A stretch of 64,000 bases of DNA from contig CAWIGG010000005.1 of the NCBI GenBank assembly GCA_963835575.1, positions 352,001-416,000 of the forward strand, written 5' to 3'. The notes under the pieces were generated by a model. The model was given only the letters and a program-made list of their open reading frames with translations. It was not told the DNA's origin and did not search any database. Both the position numbers and the translations under genes were made by a program. This document shows positions 29,515-39,878 of this stretch, one piece after another (the stretch's first letter is position 1; each line of letters starts with the position of its first letter). The stretch is from an uncultured Spirochaetota bacterium. Lineage in GTDB: Bacteria; Spirochaetota; Brevinematia; Brevinematales; JAOACQ01.

Positions 29515-30645
29515 CTAAATACCAAGAACAGCCCTTGAAACGCTTATGAAGCGGTTCATAAAACTCCGCCTTACCCCAATCGCCTTTTCAGTGCACTCGC
29601 CTATGCAGTAATAGCAGTTAATGCATTTACCGAGGTCAATTTCCGGATAATTACCTTTCTCGAATGATATTGCCTGTGGAGCGCAATAGCCCCTGCACTC
29701 CCCGCACCGGGTGCATTTTGATTGAATAATCCGCGGGTTAACAAAAGTGTCCAGTACGAACATGCCTTCCTTTTTCTTACTAAGAGGGATCGGTTTTTTA
29801 TTGACGGATTTGAAAGTGATAGAAGGCAATGTACCGATGACTTCGACGGCGTCGAAGTCCCTGATAAACCCCCTGGCCTTCGCCCGGACAAGTGTCGCGA
29901 TTTCCTCCGGCTCATAGCCGATGATACGGCAGGCAATGGAGTCCAGCGCCGCGGCGCTTGTTGAGGCCAAAACCGCCCCGGCTATTTTCGGCTTTCCGGC
30001 CGCTGACGGCCCGCCGTCCAGCGCAACGATAGCGTCCATGATATTAAGCGCCGGCTTTACAGCGGCATGAATATCGAGAAAAACGTCCGAGAGCTCAAAA
30101 TCGTTTTTCGTACGGATGTGCATCTTCTGCTTATACCCGCCGGGCAGGCACCCGAACATGTTTTTCAGCGCCCCGGAAAGCCTGAGCCCGCCGTGCGTCT
30201 TGAGCTTGGGCACATTGATCACGGCGTCCGCTTCCAGAAGCCTTCGGGGCAGGTACAATTCTCTGACGCCCTTGAGATTTTTTGTAATTTTTACCAGCGG
30301 TTCACCGTCGAAAGCGATCAGCTCGGCGCCGTATTTAGCGGCGACGTCTTTGATCCGCGAAGACGCGAACGCCTTCATCGTGAGGCCTTTTTCATAAAAG
30401 GCGATGGACTCGCCGATCTGTATCCGGCAGTTATTCTCTTTCAAGAGGCGGCAGACGGCATCGACAACGCAATAGTGCGTAATGCTGTGCTGTTCCGGGC
30501 GGTTCGCCGCCATGACATTAGGCTTGATCAGGACCGTTTTATTCTTCGGGATTTTAAATTTAATTTTTTCAAGGGCTTCTTTAGTTGCCGTATAGACTTT
30601 TTCCGGCATGTAGCTCATGCAGGAAACAACGGAAACCTTATCCAT
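29515..30645 (-). CDS. DUF362 protein with two C-terminal 4Fe-4S motifs
   Basis: VLIKPN, PKLKTH, LKNMFG; CxxCxxCxxxC twice. Confidence 0.9.
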   Translation of the reverse strand: MDKVSVVSCMSYMPEKVYTATKEALEKIKFKIPKNKTVLIKPNVMAANRPEQHSITHYCVVDAVCRLLKENNCRIQIGESIAFYEKGLTMKAFASSRIKDVAAKYGAELIAFDGEPLVKITKNLKGVRELYLPRRLLEADAVINVPKLKTHGGLRLSGALKNMFGCLPGGYKQKMHIRTKNDFELSDVFLDIHAAVKPALNIMDAIVALDGGPSAAGKPKIAGAVLASTSAAALDSIACRIIGYEPEEIATLVRAKARGFIRDFDAVEVIGTLPSITFKSVNKKPIPLSKKKEGMFVLDTFVNPRIIQSKCTRCGECRGYCAPQAISFEKGNYPEIDLGKCINCYYCIGECTEKAIGVRRSFMNRFISVSRAVLGI

Positions 30646-30717
30646 GATACACCTTCTTTAAATCATTGCTGTCCAAATTAGAATTTATTAAATAATTAAG
30701 GCATAATACGGAGTCTT

Positions 30718-30967
30718 CCGCGCATACACGCGAATTCACGCTAATAATTTCCCATTTAATTTTTTATTTTCTATCCCTAATTGTAAAAATTCGTATCCCT
30801 TTACTCTAATTCATATCATTAGCGTGGATTAGCGAAATACATATAAATCTCCTGAGAATACACGCAAATTTTCGGTAATAATATTAATTTCATTATGATT
30901 TCTATTCATCAATATCAATTCATATCCCCCTTCACCCCGATTCGCGTCCATTAGCGTGTATTAGCGG
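30718..30967. repeat. Gene-less element(s) with 9-nt-period inverted termini
   Basis: cacgcgaattcacgctaat ... attcgcgtccattagcgtgtattagcgg. Confidence 0.75.
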
Positions 30968-31051
30968 ATTATCCGTTTCCCCACCTTATATTTCAAATCA
31001 CGATTTTTTATTTTCATTATTATCAATAAATGAACAATGTTTTATAAAATT

Positions 31052-31510
31052 TTATTTGGACACAAATGCCTTTAAATATGAAGTGAAGTCTTTATTGAAT
31101 GTCAAAGCTTTATTTCCAATAAAGCCCAGGAGCGTGTAAACAACCATCGCTATGATCTGGCTCCAGAAAATGTCCAGTTTGACGGACTCCTTTAAATAGA
31201 TCAGCATCCCTGATTCGATCGAGAAGCAGATGATAAAGACGATAAAGAAAAGAACAACCTCCATCCTGCTGAACCCGCCGCTCTTGAATGTCCAGAATTT
31301 ATTCCAGAGAAAGCTGTTGATGAATCCAAGGCTATAGCCTATCGTATTCGAAACGACATACTGGATATGAAAGACATTGAGGAGGATAAAAAATCCCCCC
31401 AGGCCCGCTATAGTGTTCAGCACTCCCACGAACCCGAATTTAACCATCTCGAAAAAGCTTTTCACGATCCATTCTTTATTGATCTTCATTTTATTGTCTG
31501 CCTTTTTCAT
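31052..31510 (-). CDS. GtrA family flippase-like protein
   Basis: KFGFVGVLNT, NSFLWNKFWTF. Confidence 0.88.
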   Translation of the reverse strand: MKKADNKMKINKEWIVKSFFEMVKFGFVGVLNTIAGLGGFFILLNVFHIQYVVSNTIGYSLGFINSFLWNKFWTFKSGGFSRMEVVLFFIVFIICFSIESGMLIYLKESVKLDIFWSQIIAMVVYTLLGFIGNKALTFNKDFTSYLKAFVSK

Positions 31511-32467
31511 TTATTTTTTCCCCCGCGCGGGCCTGTCAAAGCCGATCTTCTCCCTGACAAAATAGAGCGGCCTTCTCTTCGTCTCATTATAGATGCGTCC
31601 GATGTATTCACCGATAATGCCGATCGCGAACAATTGAATGCCGCCCAAAAACAGGATAATTGTGATCATGGAAGCGTACCCCTGGACAGGATCGCCGAAT
31701 AAAACTTTTTTCAAAATCACATAAACGGCGTAGCAGAAGGAAAAGAAGGAAATAAAAACGCCCAGGAAGCTGGCTATCCGGAGCGGGATGTGGCTGAAGG
31801 ACGTGACGGCCTCTATGGCCAGGTTGAAGAGCTTCCGGTAGTTCCATTTGGTCTTGCCCGCATGGCGCGGGTCCCTCTCAAAAACAACACTGGTCTGTTT
31901 AAAACCGACCCAGCTGAAAAGCCCCTTCATAAAGCGGTGGGATTCCTTCAGCTCCTTCAAAGCGTCCACCACTTTCCTGTCCATCAGCCGGAAATCGCCC
32001 GTGTTTTCCTGGATATCGAATTTCGTGAATGCCTTGAATATTTTATAAAAGAAGGACGCCGTAATTTTTTTAATCCAGGTTTCCCCCTTCCTTTTGATTC
32101 TCCTGGCCGTCACAACCTCAAAGCCTTCCTTCCATTTCCGGAAAAGCTCCGGGATCAACTCAGGCGGATCCTGCAGGTCGGCGTCGATCGGAATGACAGC
32201 CCTGCCGTAAGCGAAATCGATGCCCGCGCTTAAAGCGATCTCCTTCCCGAAATTACGGGACAGGTCGATGACCTTGACCCTTTTGTCTTTTTTATTCAGA
32301 GCGGCCAGCTGCTCTAATGTATTGTCCTTACTGCCGTCATTAACGCAGATGATCTCATAGCCGGCGCCGAGCTTTTTTAAAACCGCGGAGACTTTATGAT
32401 AAAACTCGGCGATATTCTCCGATTCATTGTACATCGGAACAACGATGGATAGTGTGATATCAGCCAT
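31511..32467 (-). CDS. GT2 polyprenol-phosphate glycosyltransferase (GtrB-like)
   Basis: VPMYNE, DGSKD, SRNFGKE, DADLQDPP, GEYIGRIY.E.KRRPLY. Confidence 0.93.
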   Translation of the reverse strand: MADITLSIVVPMYNESENIAEFYHKVSAVLKKLGAGYEIICVNDGSKDNTLEQLAALNKKDKRVKVIDLSRNFGKEIALSAGIDFAYGRAVIPIDADLQDPPELIPELFRKWKEGFEVVTARRIKRKGETWIKKITASFFYKIFKAFTKFDIQENTGDFRLMDRKVVDALKELKESHRFMKGLFSWVGFKQTSVVFERDPRHAGKTKWNYRKLFNLAIEAVTSFSHIPLRIASFLGVFISFFSFCYAVYVILKKVLFGDPVQGYASMITIILFLGGIQLFAIGIIGEYIGRIYNETKRRPLYFVREKIGFDRPARGKK

Positions 32468-32508
32468 GACATCCTCCGATTATTTTACTGCCTGGGAATA
32501 CGGGTTGA

Positions 32509-33110
32509 AACCACAGATTTCACTGATTTCACAGATATTTTCAAATAATCTGTGGTGATTACAGCCGAGCTCATCTATTTAGAATTATGGAATATATTTC
32601 CTCTGCAGGGTTTTCATTCCAGGAATAAGATCCATATCAATATACAAACCGTTTAAATTTCAATGAGCTTTCTCCAAAGTTAATCAATAAACCAACTTTC
32701 TTTCCTGAGTTCTTCAGACTGTTTATGATTTGAGCTTCATCCTCTTTCGTCAAACATCTTTCGGCTTTGATTTCAACAATAATCTCATCATAGACAATAA
32801 AATCGGGAATGTAATACTTCTTCAATTCAACGCCTTTATAGAAAACCTTAAGCAAAGGTTGAGATTCGTATAATATATCTCTCTGTCTGAATTCAATTTC
32901 AAGGCATTCCTGATATATCGCTTCCAGAAAACCTGAGCCCATTTCATTATGAACTTCAATTGCCGCACCAATAATTTCATATGTTCGCGGATCGTTCTTC
33001 GTTTCTTTTTCCATAATCTTAATTATAACATGATTACACTGATACTTTCAAAATTATAATCTGTGTCATAGTTCGGCAAGCTCACCACGGCGTCTGTGAA
33101 ATCTGTGGTT
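32509..33110. mobile_element. Putative GxxExxY mobile element with periodic terminal inverted repeats
   Basis: aaccacagatttcactgatttcacagat at the left end and tctgtgaaatctgtggtt at the right end, enclosing a single gene. Confidence 0.7.
32637..33014 (-). CDS. GxxExxY protein (PD-(D/E)XK nuclease fold)
   Basis: GSGFLEAIY, PDFIV, VEIKA, GLLINFG. Confidence 0.92.
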   Translation of the reverse strand: MEKETKNDPRTYEIIGAAIEVHNEMGSGFLEAIYQECLEIEFRQRDILYESQPLLKVFYKGVELKKYYIPDFIVYDEIIVEIKAERCLTKEDEAQIINSLKNSGKKVGLLINFGESSLKFKRFVY

Positions 33111-33133
33111 CCTTTCCGTCGTTCCTTGTCAAC

Positions 33134-34156
33134 TTACCATTTCGACTCATGCTCCTCTGTAAACCCGGCTGAGGACTTAATAGTATAGGTATTTTTACCG
33201 TCGCTGAGCGTCCCTGTAAAACTGCCGAAAAGCTGGTGGAAATAACTGGCTATCAGGCCGAGATTGAGGTTCGACGCCCTTTCGCCTTCCGGATGGAATG
33301 TCAGTTTCACCCTTCCGTCGCTTGAAACAATCCGCCATGGCGAAAGGATATGAAGGTCATCATAAATAAAATTGACCAGATCGATCTTTACCATTCTGCC
33401 GTTTATCCAGAACGCGTTCTCGCTGAACCCTGTCTCATTGATGCCCAGCGAGAAATTAAAGCCGATCGTTTTCCCCGCCTTATCCATGCCCGATCCGGAA
33501 GCCCAGTTCCAGAAGGTCATATGTCCGGGATAGCCGACGGTATAATCGATCACCCCCGCCGGGCTGCCGGTTTTTATTTCATACCTTTTTCCCTTCAAAG
33601 CAATAGCACCTCCGACGCCCAGGCCCGCTTCCTTGATCGTATAATTAAAGCCATGCAGTCCTTCCCTTGTCGCGAGGCAGAGCGGATTGGAAGCCCGCTT
33701 GAAACTGAGATCAACGTTTAATTCCCTGTTAATTGAAGCGATCAGACTGCTGTAACCGGTTTGATTATCGATTTTTATCGACAGGTCTTTACCTTTACAG
33801 CCGGTCTGTCCATGAACAGGACTCCCCCTGAAATAGGTTTTGTAACCGAAGGGACGGATAAAATTATATTCCTTCATTTTCTTTTCTTTCCTGTCAAAAA
33901 CATACGCGAAAATATTGCTGAGATAACCCAGGTGAACGACGGCGATCCCGAAGATCACCTCTTCATTACAGACGCCCATATATTCCCAGCGTTTCAGCTT
34001 GAGGGATTTATAAAGTTTTTTCTTGAAATTTGTCAGCTTGGGCATGGAGAGGGGACGGAAATCTTTGATGTTGATCTGCTGGAACGGACGGCTGTGAAGC
34101 CCGAGGTTCGGCCTGCCGTCCCGGCCGATAAGCCTGGTCAAATCATTTTTTTCCAT
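33134..34156 (-). CDS. DUF2804 family protein
   Basis: KRWEY, TFWNWASGSG, ENAFWING, QLFGSFTG, GFTEEHESKW. Confidence 0.8.
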   Translation of the reverse strand: MEKNDLTRLIGRDGRPNLGLHSRPFQQINIKDFRPLSMPKLTNFKKKLYKSLKLKRWEYMGVCNEEVIFGIAVVHLGYLSNIFAYVFDRKEKKMKEYNFIRPFGYKTYFRGSPVHGQTGCKGKDLSIKIDNQTGYSSLIASINRELNVDLSFKRASNPLCLATREGLHGFNYTIKEAGLGVGGAIALKGKRYEIKTGSPAGVIDYTVGYPGHMTFWNWASGSGMDKAGKTIGFNFSLGINETGFSENAFWINGRMVKIDLVNFIYDDLHILSPWRIVSSDGRVKLTFHPEGERASNLNLGLIASYFHQLFGSFTGTLSDGKNTYTIKSSAGFTEEHESKW

Positions 34157-34436
34157 TGTTTAAATGCCTCCCCGTAATCTTTCTATAATAAAGCAAAATG
34201 AGAATCTTTTGATTGGATATTTTAGCTGATTACATGATATATTGCAAAAGAGACTATGTTAATATATCCCGAAAGATTATTATCCGTTTCAAAATTATCC
34301 GGTCTTCCATTAAAAGATGCCGTGAGGAACTCGAGCGCCGCCTCTGAAATTTATACTCACTTGAGAAATGGAAAAATGATACCATTCAAAAAGTGCAATA
34401 TATTTTTAAAGATGATATTATCTAAGAGGGCGGATT

Positions 34437-35204
34437 ATGCAGAAATATTCCGAAATAAAAAGCGGCGGTTTGACTTTAAGGGGTATGGTCCATATCCCCG
34501 AAACGGGAAAGAAGCTTCATCCTTTCGCCGTCATGTACCATGGCTTTACTGGCAACAGGCTTGAAGCCCAGGGTAATTTTGTCCGGCTTTCCCAAGAACT
34601 TGAAGCCCTCGGCATCGGCAGCGCCCGGTTCGATTTTTCAGGCTCGGGTGAAAGCGGAGGGAAATTTGAGGATATGACGGCCTCGGGAGAGATTGCCGAG
34701 GCGAAAATGATTTTTGATTTCGTCAGAAACTCGGATTTTGCGGATAATAATAATTTAATTATTCTGGGAATGAGCATGGGCGGCTTGATCTCAAGCCTGA
34801 TAGCCTATGAATTGCCGGGTCTTAAATCGATGGTATTATGGGCGCCGGCGGGGAATATGAAGAATATTATTGATCTGCTGATAAAAGTGAATCCGCATTA
34901 CGGTGACAACATCGAAACCAACGGGGTTCTTTTTAATAAAAAACTTCTGGACGATCTGAAAAAATACGACCCGTTCGCGGCGGCCAAAAAATTTTCCGGC
35001 AATGTGCTGATCGTCCACGGTACAAGGGATACGGCCGTACCGCTTAAAGTGCCCCGGCAATACCGGGAAAGCTTTCCCGGAAAATGTTCTTTAGTCGAAA
35101 TCCGGGACGCCGATCATACTTTCTCGAAATTGATATGGAAAAATAAGCTCATAGAAACGACAAAAGAATTTTTATTGAAGGAATTGCGTTCAGAAAACAC
35201 TTGA
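34437..35204 (+). CDS. Alpha/beta hydrolase (esterase)
   Basis: HGFTG, GMSMGG nucleophile elbow, HGTRD, ADHTF. Confidence 0.9.
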   Translation: MQKYSEIKSGGLTLRGMVHIPETGKKLHPFAVMYHGFTGNRLEAQGNFVRLSQELEALGIGSARFDFSGSGESGGKFEDMTASGEIAEAKMIFDFVRNSDFADNNNLIILGMSMGGLISSLIAYELPGLKSMVLWAPAGNMKNIIDLLIKVNPHYGDNIETNGVLFNKKLLDDLKKYDPFAAAKKFSGNVLIVHGTRDTAVPLKVPRQYRESFPGKCSLVEIRDADHTFSKLIWKNKLIETTKEFLLKELRSENT

Positions 35205-35270
35205 AAAGTCATGAACGTTTTATTTCAGACTTAAAGAAGATATCTGAGAAATAATTCTTCCATTTTCTAT

Positions 35271-36365
35271 TTATAAGTCTGGACGCTGATCAAACTGCCG
35301 TTTGTCATACCCTGATAAGCTATAAAGGGCTGGCCGGTGGACGGGTTTGACATCCATCGACAGGTTCATTCCCTGGTCAAGGTCGCTCCCGATCTGGTTC
35401 CAAACTGTTCCGTTATAGGAAAAAACCCGGATATACTGCATCGAATCCATGGTGCATGCGGCGTATATCGCATTGTTCCCGGCAGCAATGGCGGGACTGC
35501 CCACCATGTTCGCGTTCGTATTGGTAATATACCCCAGATAATTCGTGCTGACTCCATCATAACTGTATGTCTGCAGTGCGAATTCGCTTCCCCTCTTGAA
35601 AACGATGTAAGCCTTGCCGTTATTCACGGTCATCGCGAATTGAGACGCGTTTGGATCAATCAATATACCGGCGTCAATTGCAACTGAATCATAGCTGATG
35701 CCGCTTTTTATATAAAGAGAATTGCCTTTCAAGTAAGCAAGATAAATCCTGCTTCCGGCATTTTTAACAACAGCTTTAGTAATACTTCCGCCGCTGTCAA
35801 AATTGGAGGAACTGATACTCAGAGTTGACAAATTAATTTCATATATAGTACCATAGCTGCCGTTGATATAGGCTGCTAAATTCATCGTACTTGATAATAT
35901 ATCCATTGAAGGCGCAATGACACCTGAAGCCCCCAGGTTTGTTAAAGTATTCCAGCTTGAGGAATAATTAAGCAGCGTACCATAATTATCTGAACCCATA
36001 AAATAAGGTGTGGAACCATTATAAAGCGCAAAGGCAACCTCATTTACTCCGATAGGATAACTTATTTCAATCCAGGTGCTCCCACTAAACTGACATAGGT
36101 ATAAATAGGTCGGAGCGTATAAATAAGCAACTATGGGTTTTCCATCAGACATCACTTTTATTTGCGGCGTTCCTATGGATGATGAAAACCCTGCATTGCC
36201 GACAAATTGCCATGATTGAATGTTGCCGCCCTCTCACCCGCCGCCGCTGCTTTGTCCTTTCGCCACAATATTCTGGTAGTACTGCGGCGGGAATAAAAGA
36301 TCGCAGGCGGAAAAAGATAAAATAAATAAAAACATCAAAGCAAAGCTGTATCCCGGCATTTTCAT
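35271..36365 (-). pseudogene. Hypothetical beta-rich lipoprotein with in-frame TGA (36234-36236) and a probable 3' frameshift
   Basis: ATG at 36365 after AGGAGG, lipobox FSAC; reads SSGGG*EGGN in frame with ORF 35271..36155. Confidence 0.65.
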
Positions 36366-36502
36366 GCGTTCCTCCTTCTATAATATCAGCACTTGGATCA
36401 TAAATGCTGTCCGCAGGACAATCAAATTATATTTTTTCTGCCGGTATTAATTTTTATTAATATTAGCTCTAAACAGACAATTGTCAATAGTGAAAAGTTT
36501 TT

Positions 36503-37472
36503 TCATAAAGACAGCGTGATCTCCTTTTTTTCAAGTATGACAGCGATCCCGCTGAGAACTCCCAGAAGTAAAACAATCTGAATGGCCACGATCCACCAGG
36601 GCGCGTTAGAGTACCAGAAGCTGTTGTCCGGAAACACCATAAAGCCCAGCAGTATCAGATGCAGGACATAAAGGAGGAGCGGGTTTTTGCCCCAGCTTGA
36701 AAGAATATTTTCCTTTATTTTAAAAACCAACTCCAGAAGATAAAAGCCGTAAAACACAAGCGCCGAGATACCGAGGCTGACAAGGATATAACTGGATGAG
36801 ACCCTGTTCTTGCTGACCGGGCTGAAGTAAGAAAGAAATATTCCGGCGGCCAGAATCAGAAAAGAAAGCATCAAATACTTTATTTTGTATTTACTTTTTT
36901 CATCCCGGTGAAAAAACCTGCCGAGCGCGGATGCGAAGACCATCATGGACGACCATCCGATGGAACCGAAAAGCCCGCCATGAGGCGAGCGGAGGACAAC
37001 GGAAAGAAAGAATGAATCCAGGAAAAATTGATAGCCGATGAGGATGATGATGCCGCAAATCCACACAGCGAAATCAGGCATCAGCAGGAAGGGAAGCGTG
37101 ATAAGCCCCGCCGTGCCTATCGCCTGCAGGACGCCCCAGTCGAACCCGCTTTTATTCTGCCCTAACAGTGTTTCGCCGGCCGAAAGGATGCAGCCGATCC
37201 CGATGATGGAAAAATTCCTTTTCAGAAAATGGCCGGCCGTTCTGCTCAATCCGTCTCTTATGAGCCTTTTCCGGAATGACAGGCCGTAAGTCAGCCCGAT
37301 CGCGAAGATAAAGGCCGGCGCGATCACATCGATGACGGTCAGACCGATATCCTTCGCGTGCTTTAAATAGGGCGGGGCCCATGATATGCCGGCGATATAG
37401 TTGGCCAGGACCATCAGTACTGATGGTAAAGCCGCGGAAATTATCAATCGAAACAATCCTGTTCTTTTCCAT
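36503..37472 (-). pseudogene. Membrane acyltransferase (heparan-alpha-glucosaminide N-acetyltransferase-like) with a 5' frameshift
   Basis: RIVSIDNFRGFTI lies in one frame and LMVLAN...PAFIFAIG...GVLQAIG...SKNRVSSSY in another. Confidence 0.75.
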
Positions 37473-38203
37473 GATTAATTATAAATTAAAACCGGCGTTT
37501 GTGAATCCCTTTTTTATTATTCAATAAAATCCGGATTATTCTGCTTTTTGGATCTGCATTTAAAATATTTTTATAAAATACAGGGCTTTAAGAATAAATG
37601 CCTTCCATCCGCTTCGGGTTGTTTTTTTTGACAAAATGATTTTAATTATGTTATATTTAGCATCTCAGTCAAATCGGTTATAAAGGGGGGCTTTTTATGA
37701 AATCCTTTTCTCTCTTCAGTATTTTCTTTTTTATCCTTATTATTTCTCCTCTCTACGCTGATGATGGATCCGCGAACAGGGAAAAAATCCTCAGTTTCGA
37801 CAGCGTCGTCCAGGTGCAGAAAGACGGCAGTCTGGAAGTAACTGAACAGATCACCGTTTACGCAAACGGGGACCAGATCATCCATGGCATCTACCAGGAT
37901 TTTAAAAAAAATCTGCCTCTGGGCTGGGGAATGATAAAAAAAGTAGATTATGATTTTAATACCATCCTGAAAAACGGGCGTGAAGAGCCTTACCACATGG
38001 ACCGTGAGGACTTCGAAATCCGTCTTTACATCGGCAGCCGCGATAAAGAGCTCACACCCGGCGTTTATACTTATATCATCAAATATATAACAGGCCCGGG
38101 CATCCTTTTTAACGATAATTATGACGAACTGTACCTGAATATCACAGGCAATAACTGGAAGTTCCCGATTGAAAGCGCGTCCGCCGCACTTCTCCTGCCG
38201 GCC

Positions 38204-39878
38204 TTGCCTGTCGGTTATTTCATTTTCGAAGTCAAACCAGCCCCTTACAATAAGCGGGCAAATAAAAATTTTGTCAGCTTAGCTGATTTTAATAATAAAT
38301 TTCGAATAATCGATACTCAGACTATACAAAATCCTCTCTATTTTCTCAAATATTGGGCATATTTCATAAAATTATGCGCAAGGGATACCCAGCATAGCTC
38401 CAAATTCACTTTCCGTTGACCTCTGTAAACTGTCTGAACATAACCCTTCTGTGTTTTGATGTTTGAAAATACGTGTTCTTTACCTATCCTGCGGTTGTAT
38501 ATCTTTTGCCCTTCTTCGCTGTAAAGTTTTGTTAAATAAGCATCAATCTTAGACCGATTATTCAATTCAAACTCACTGAAAATTACTGTCTTTTGCTGTG
38601 TTTTCGGTTTGATGTTTTTATAACACTCACTGAAAAATGGACATCTTTCACAGCCCTTCCGTGAATACAAAAATGTATATCTTTGGTTATTTCGATCTAA
38701 ATACCCATTTTCCTTACGGCCGCCCCGGCATCCCAGGATATATTCGTCATCAATCTTTTCCAGTTTAAAGTCTCTTCGCTTCTGTGATTTATCACTGAAA
38801 TCCCGCTCTTTCGTATCCACATAAAGGTCTTTTCCTTCCTCCACCATCCGGATTGTCTCTTCCATGTCCTGAAAACCCGAATCAAAAAGGTATTTGCTAG
38901 CCTTATCAACTTTTAATTCCGCTTTTTTCTGTTCCACCCTCTTTACCATTTCTTCCGTATGCTGTTTTTCCGGTGTTGTGATTGCTTCAAAATCTATAAT
39001 CACATCATTATTACTGACCATCATCGCCGAATTATATCCCTGTATAAACACACTATGCGGATTTCCAGACATCAGCTTGCTTTCGGGATCAGTCAGGTTG
39101 GTGAATTCTTCGTCTGTCTTTTCCCCTCTCTCTACCTGTTTTTTGTATTCATCGATTTGGTTCAAAACACTATCGTAAATCTTTTTCCGCCTTGATACCC
39201 GCTTCTTCTCCGCTTCGTAATAAGGCTGCTCCAGCTTGCCTTCCCGGTAAGATTCTTCCAGTTCCAGGTCTTGTTTCACAATCTTTTCCGCCATCTTCTG
39301 GTAAGTGTCCATCAGCTTCCGGGTATGTTTCTTTCCCACATTCTTATTCTTACTCGCGTAGGCCTTGATCTTTGTGCCGTCACCCACTACCATGTCCCAA
39401 TCTATAGACCCCATTTCGTTGAGTATATATAAAAGCTGGCTGAACAACTCCTCGATCTTTTCCTGAAAAAGTACCTTGAACTCGCAAATTACCGAATGGT
39501 CAATTTTCAGCCGGTTTGAAACATACATAAACCCAATGTGTTTTTTCAGCAAATCTTCTATCTTTCGGCTGATACGATTTCCCGTAATGTAACCGTAGAG
39601 TACCGCACAGATCACATCCCGAGGATTTTTAATCTCTCTGCCTCTATGGTCGTTCTTATAGTAAGCCGCGAAATCCTCCAGTTTAATACGGTTTTTGATG
39701 AATTCTTTTAGTATAAATTCTCTGGAATTCTCATCAAACTGCTCGCCTATATTGATCGCGAGGAACTCACCCTGCTCCAGGCTGTTCTTTTCAAATCTTG
39801 CCATCTTTTTCTCCCGTTTTATTTTAACGGGAACCCTGCCGTATGTCCATGAAGCATGTTATAAAAACCGACAGGCAA
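38204..39878 (-). mobile_element. IS1182-family insertion sequence
   Basis: 13-bp IR ttgcctgtcggtt/aaccgacaggcaa; GGCC duplicated at 38200-38203 and 39879-39882. Confidence 0.9.
38338..39804 (-). CDS. IS1182-family transposase (intact)
   Basis: SRKIE, DGTKIKAYAS, TDPES, QGYN, DSGF, EHVFSNIK, AHN. Confidence 0.92.
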   Translation of the reverse strand: MARFEKNSLEQGEFLAINIGEQFDENSREFILKEFIKNRIKLEDFAAYYKNDHRGREIKNPRDVICAVLYGYITGNRISRKIEDLLKKHIGFMYVSNRLKIDHSVICEFKVLFQEKIEELFSQLLYILNEMGSIDWDMVVGDGTKIKAYASKNKNVGKKHTRKLMDTYQKMAEKIVKQDLELEESYREGKLEQPYYEAEKKRVSRRKKIYDSVLNQIDEYKKQVERGEKTDEEFTNLTDPESKLMSGNPHSVFIQGYNSAMMVSNNDVIIDFEAITTPEKQHTEEMVKRVEQKKAELKVDKASKYLFDSGFQDMEETIRMVEEGKDLYVDTKERDFSDKSQKRRDFKLEKIDDEYILGCRGGRKENGYLDRNNQRYTFLYSRKGCERCPFFSECYKNIKPKTQQKTVIFSEFELNNRSKIDAYLTKLYSEEGQKIYNRRIGKEHVFSNIKTQKGYVQTVYRGQRKVNLELCWVSLAHNFMKYAQYLRK

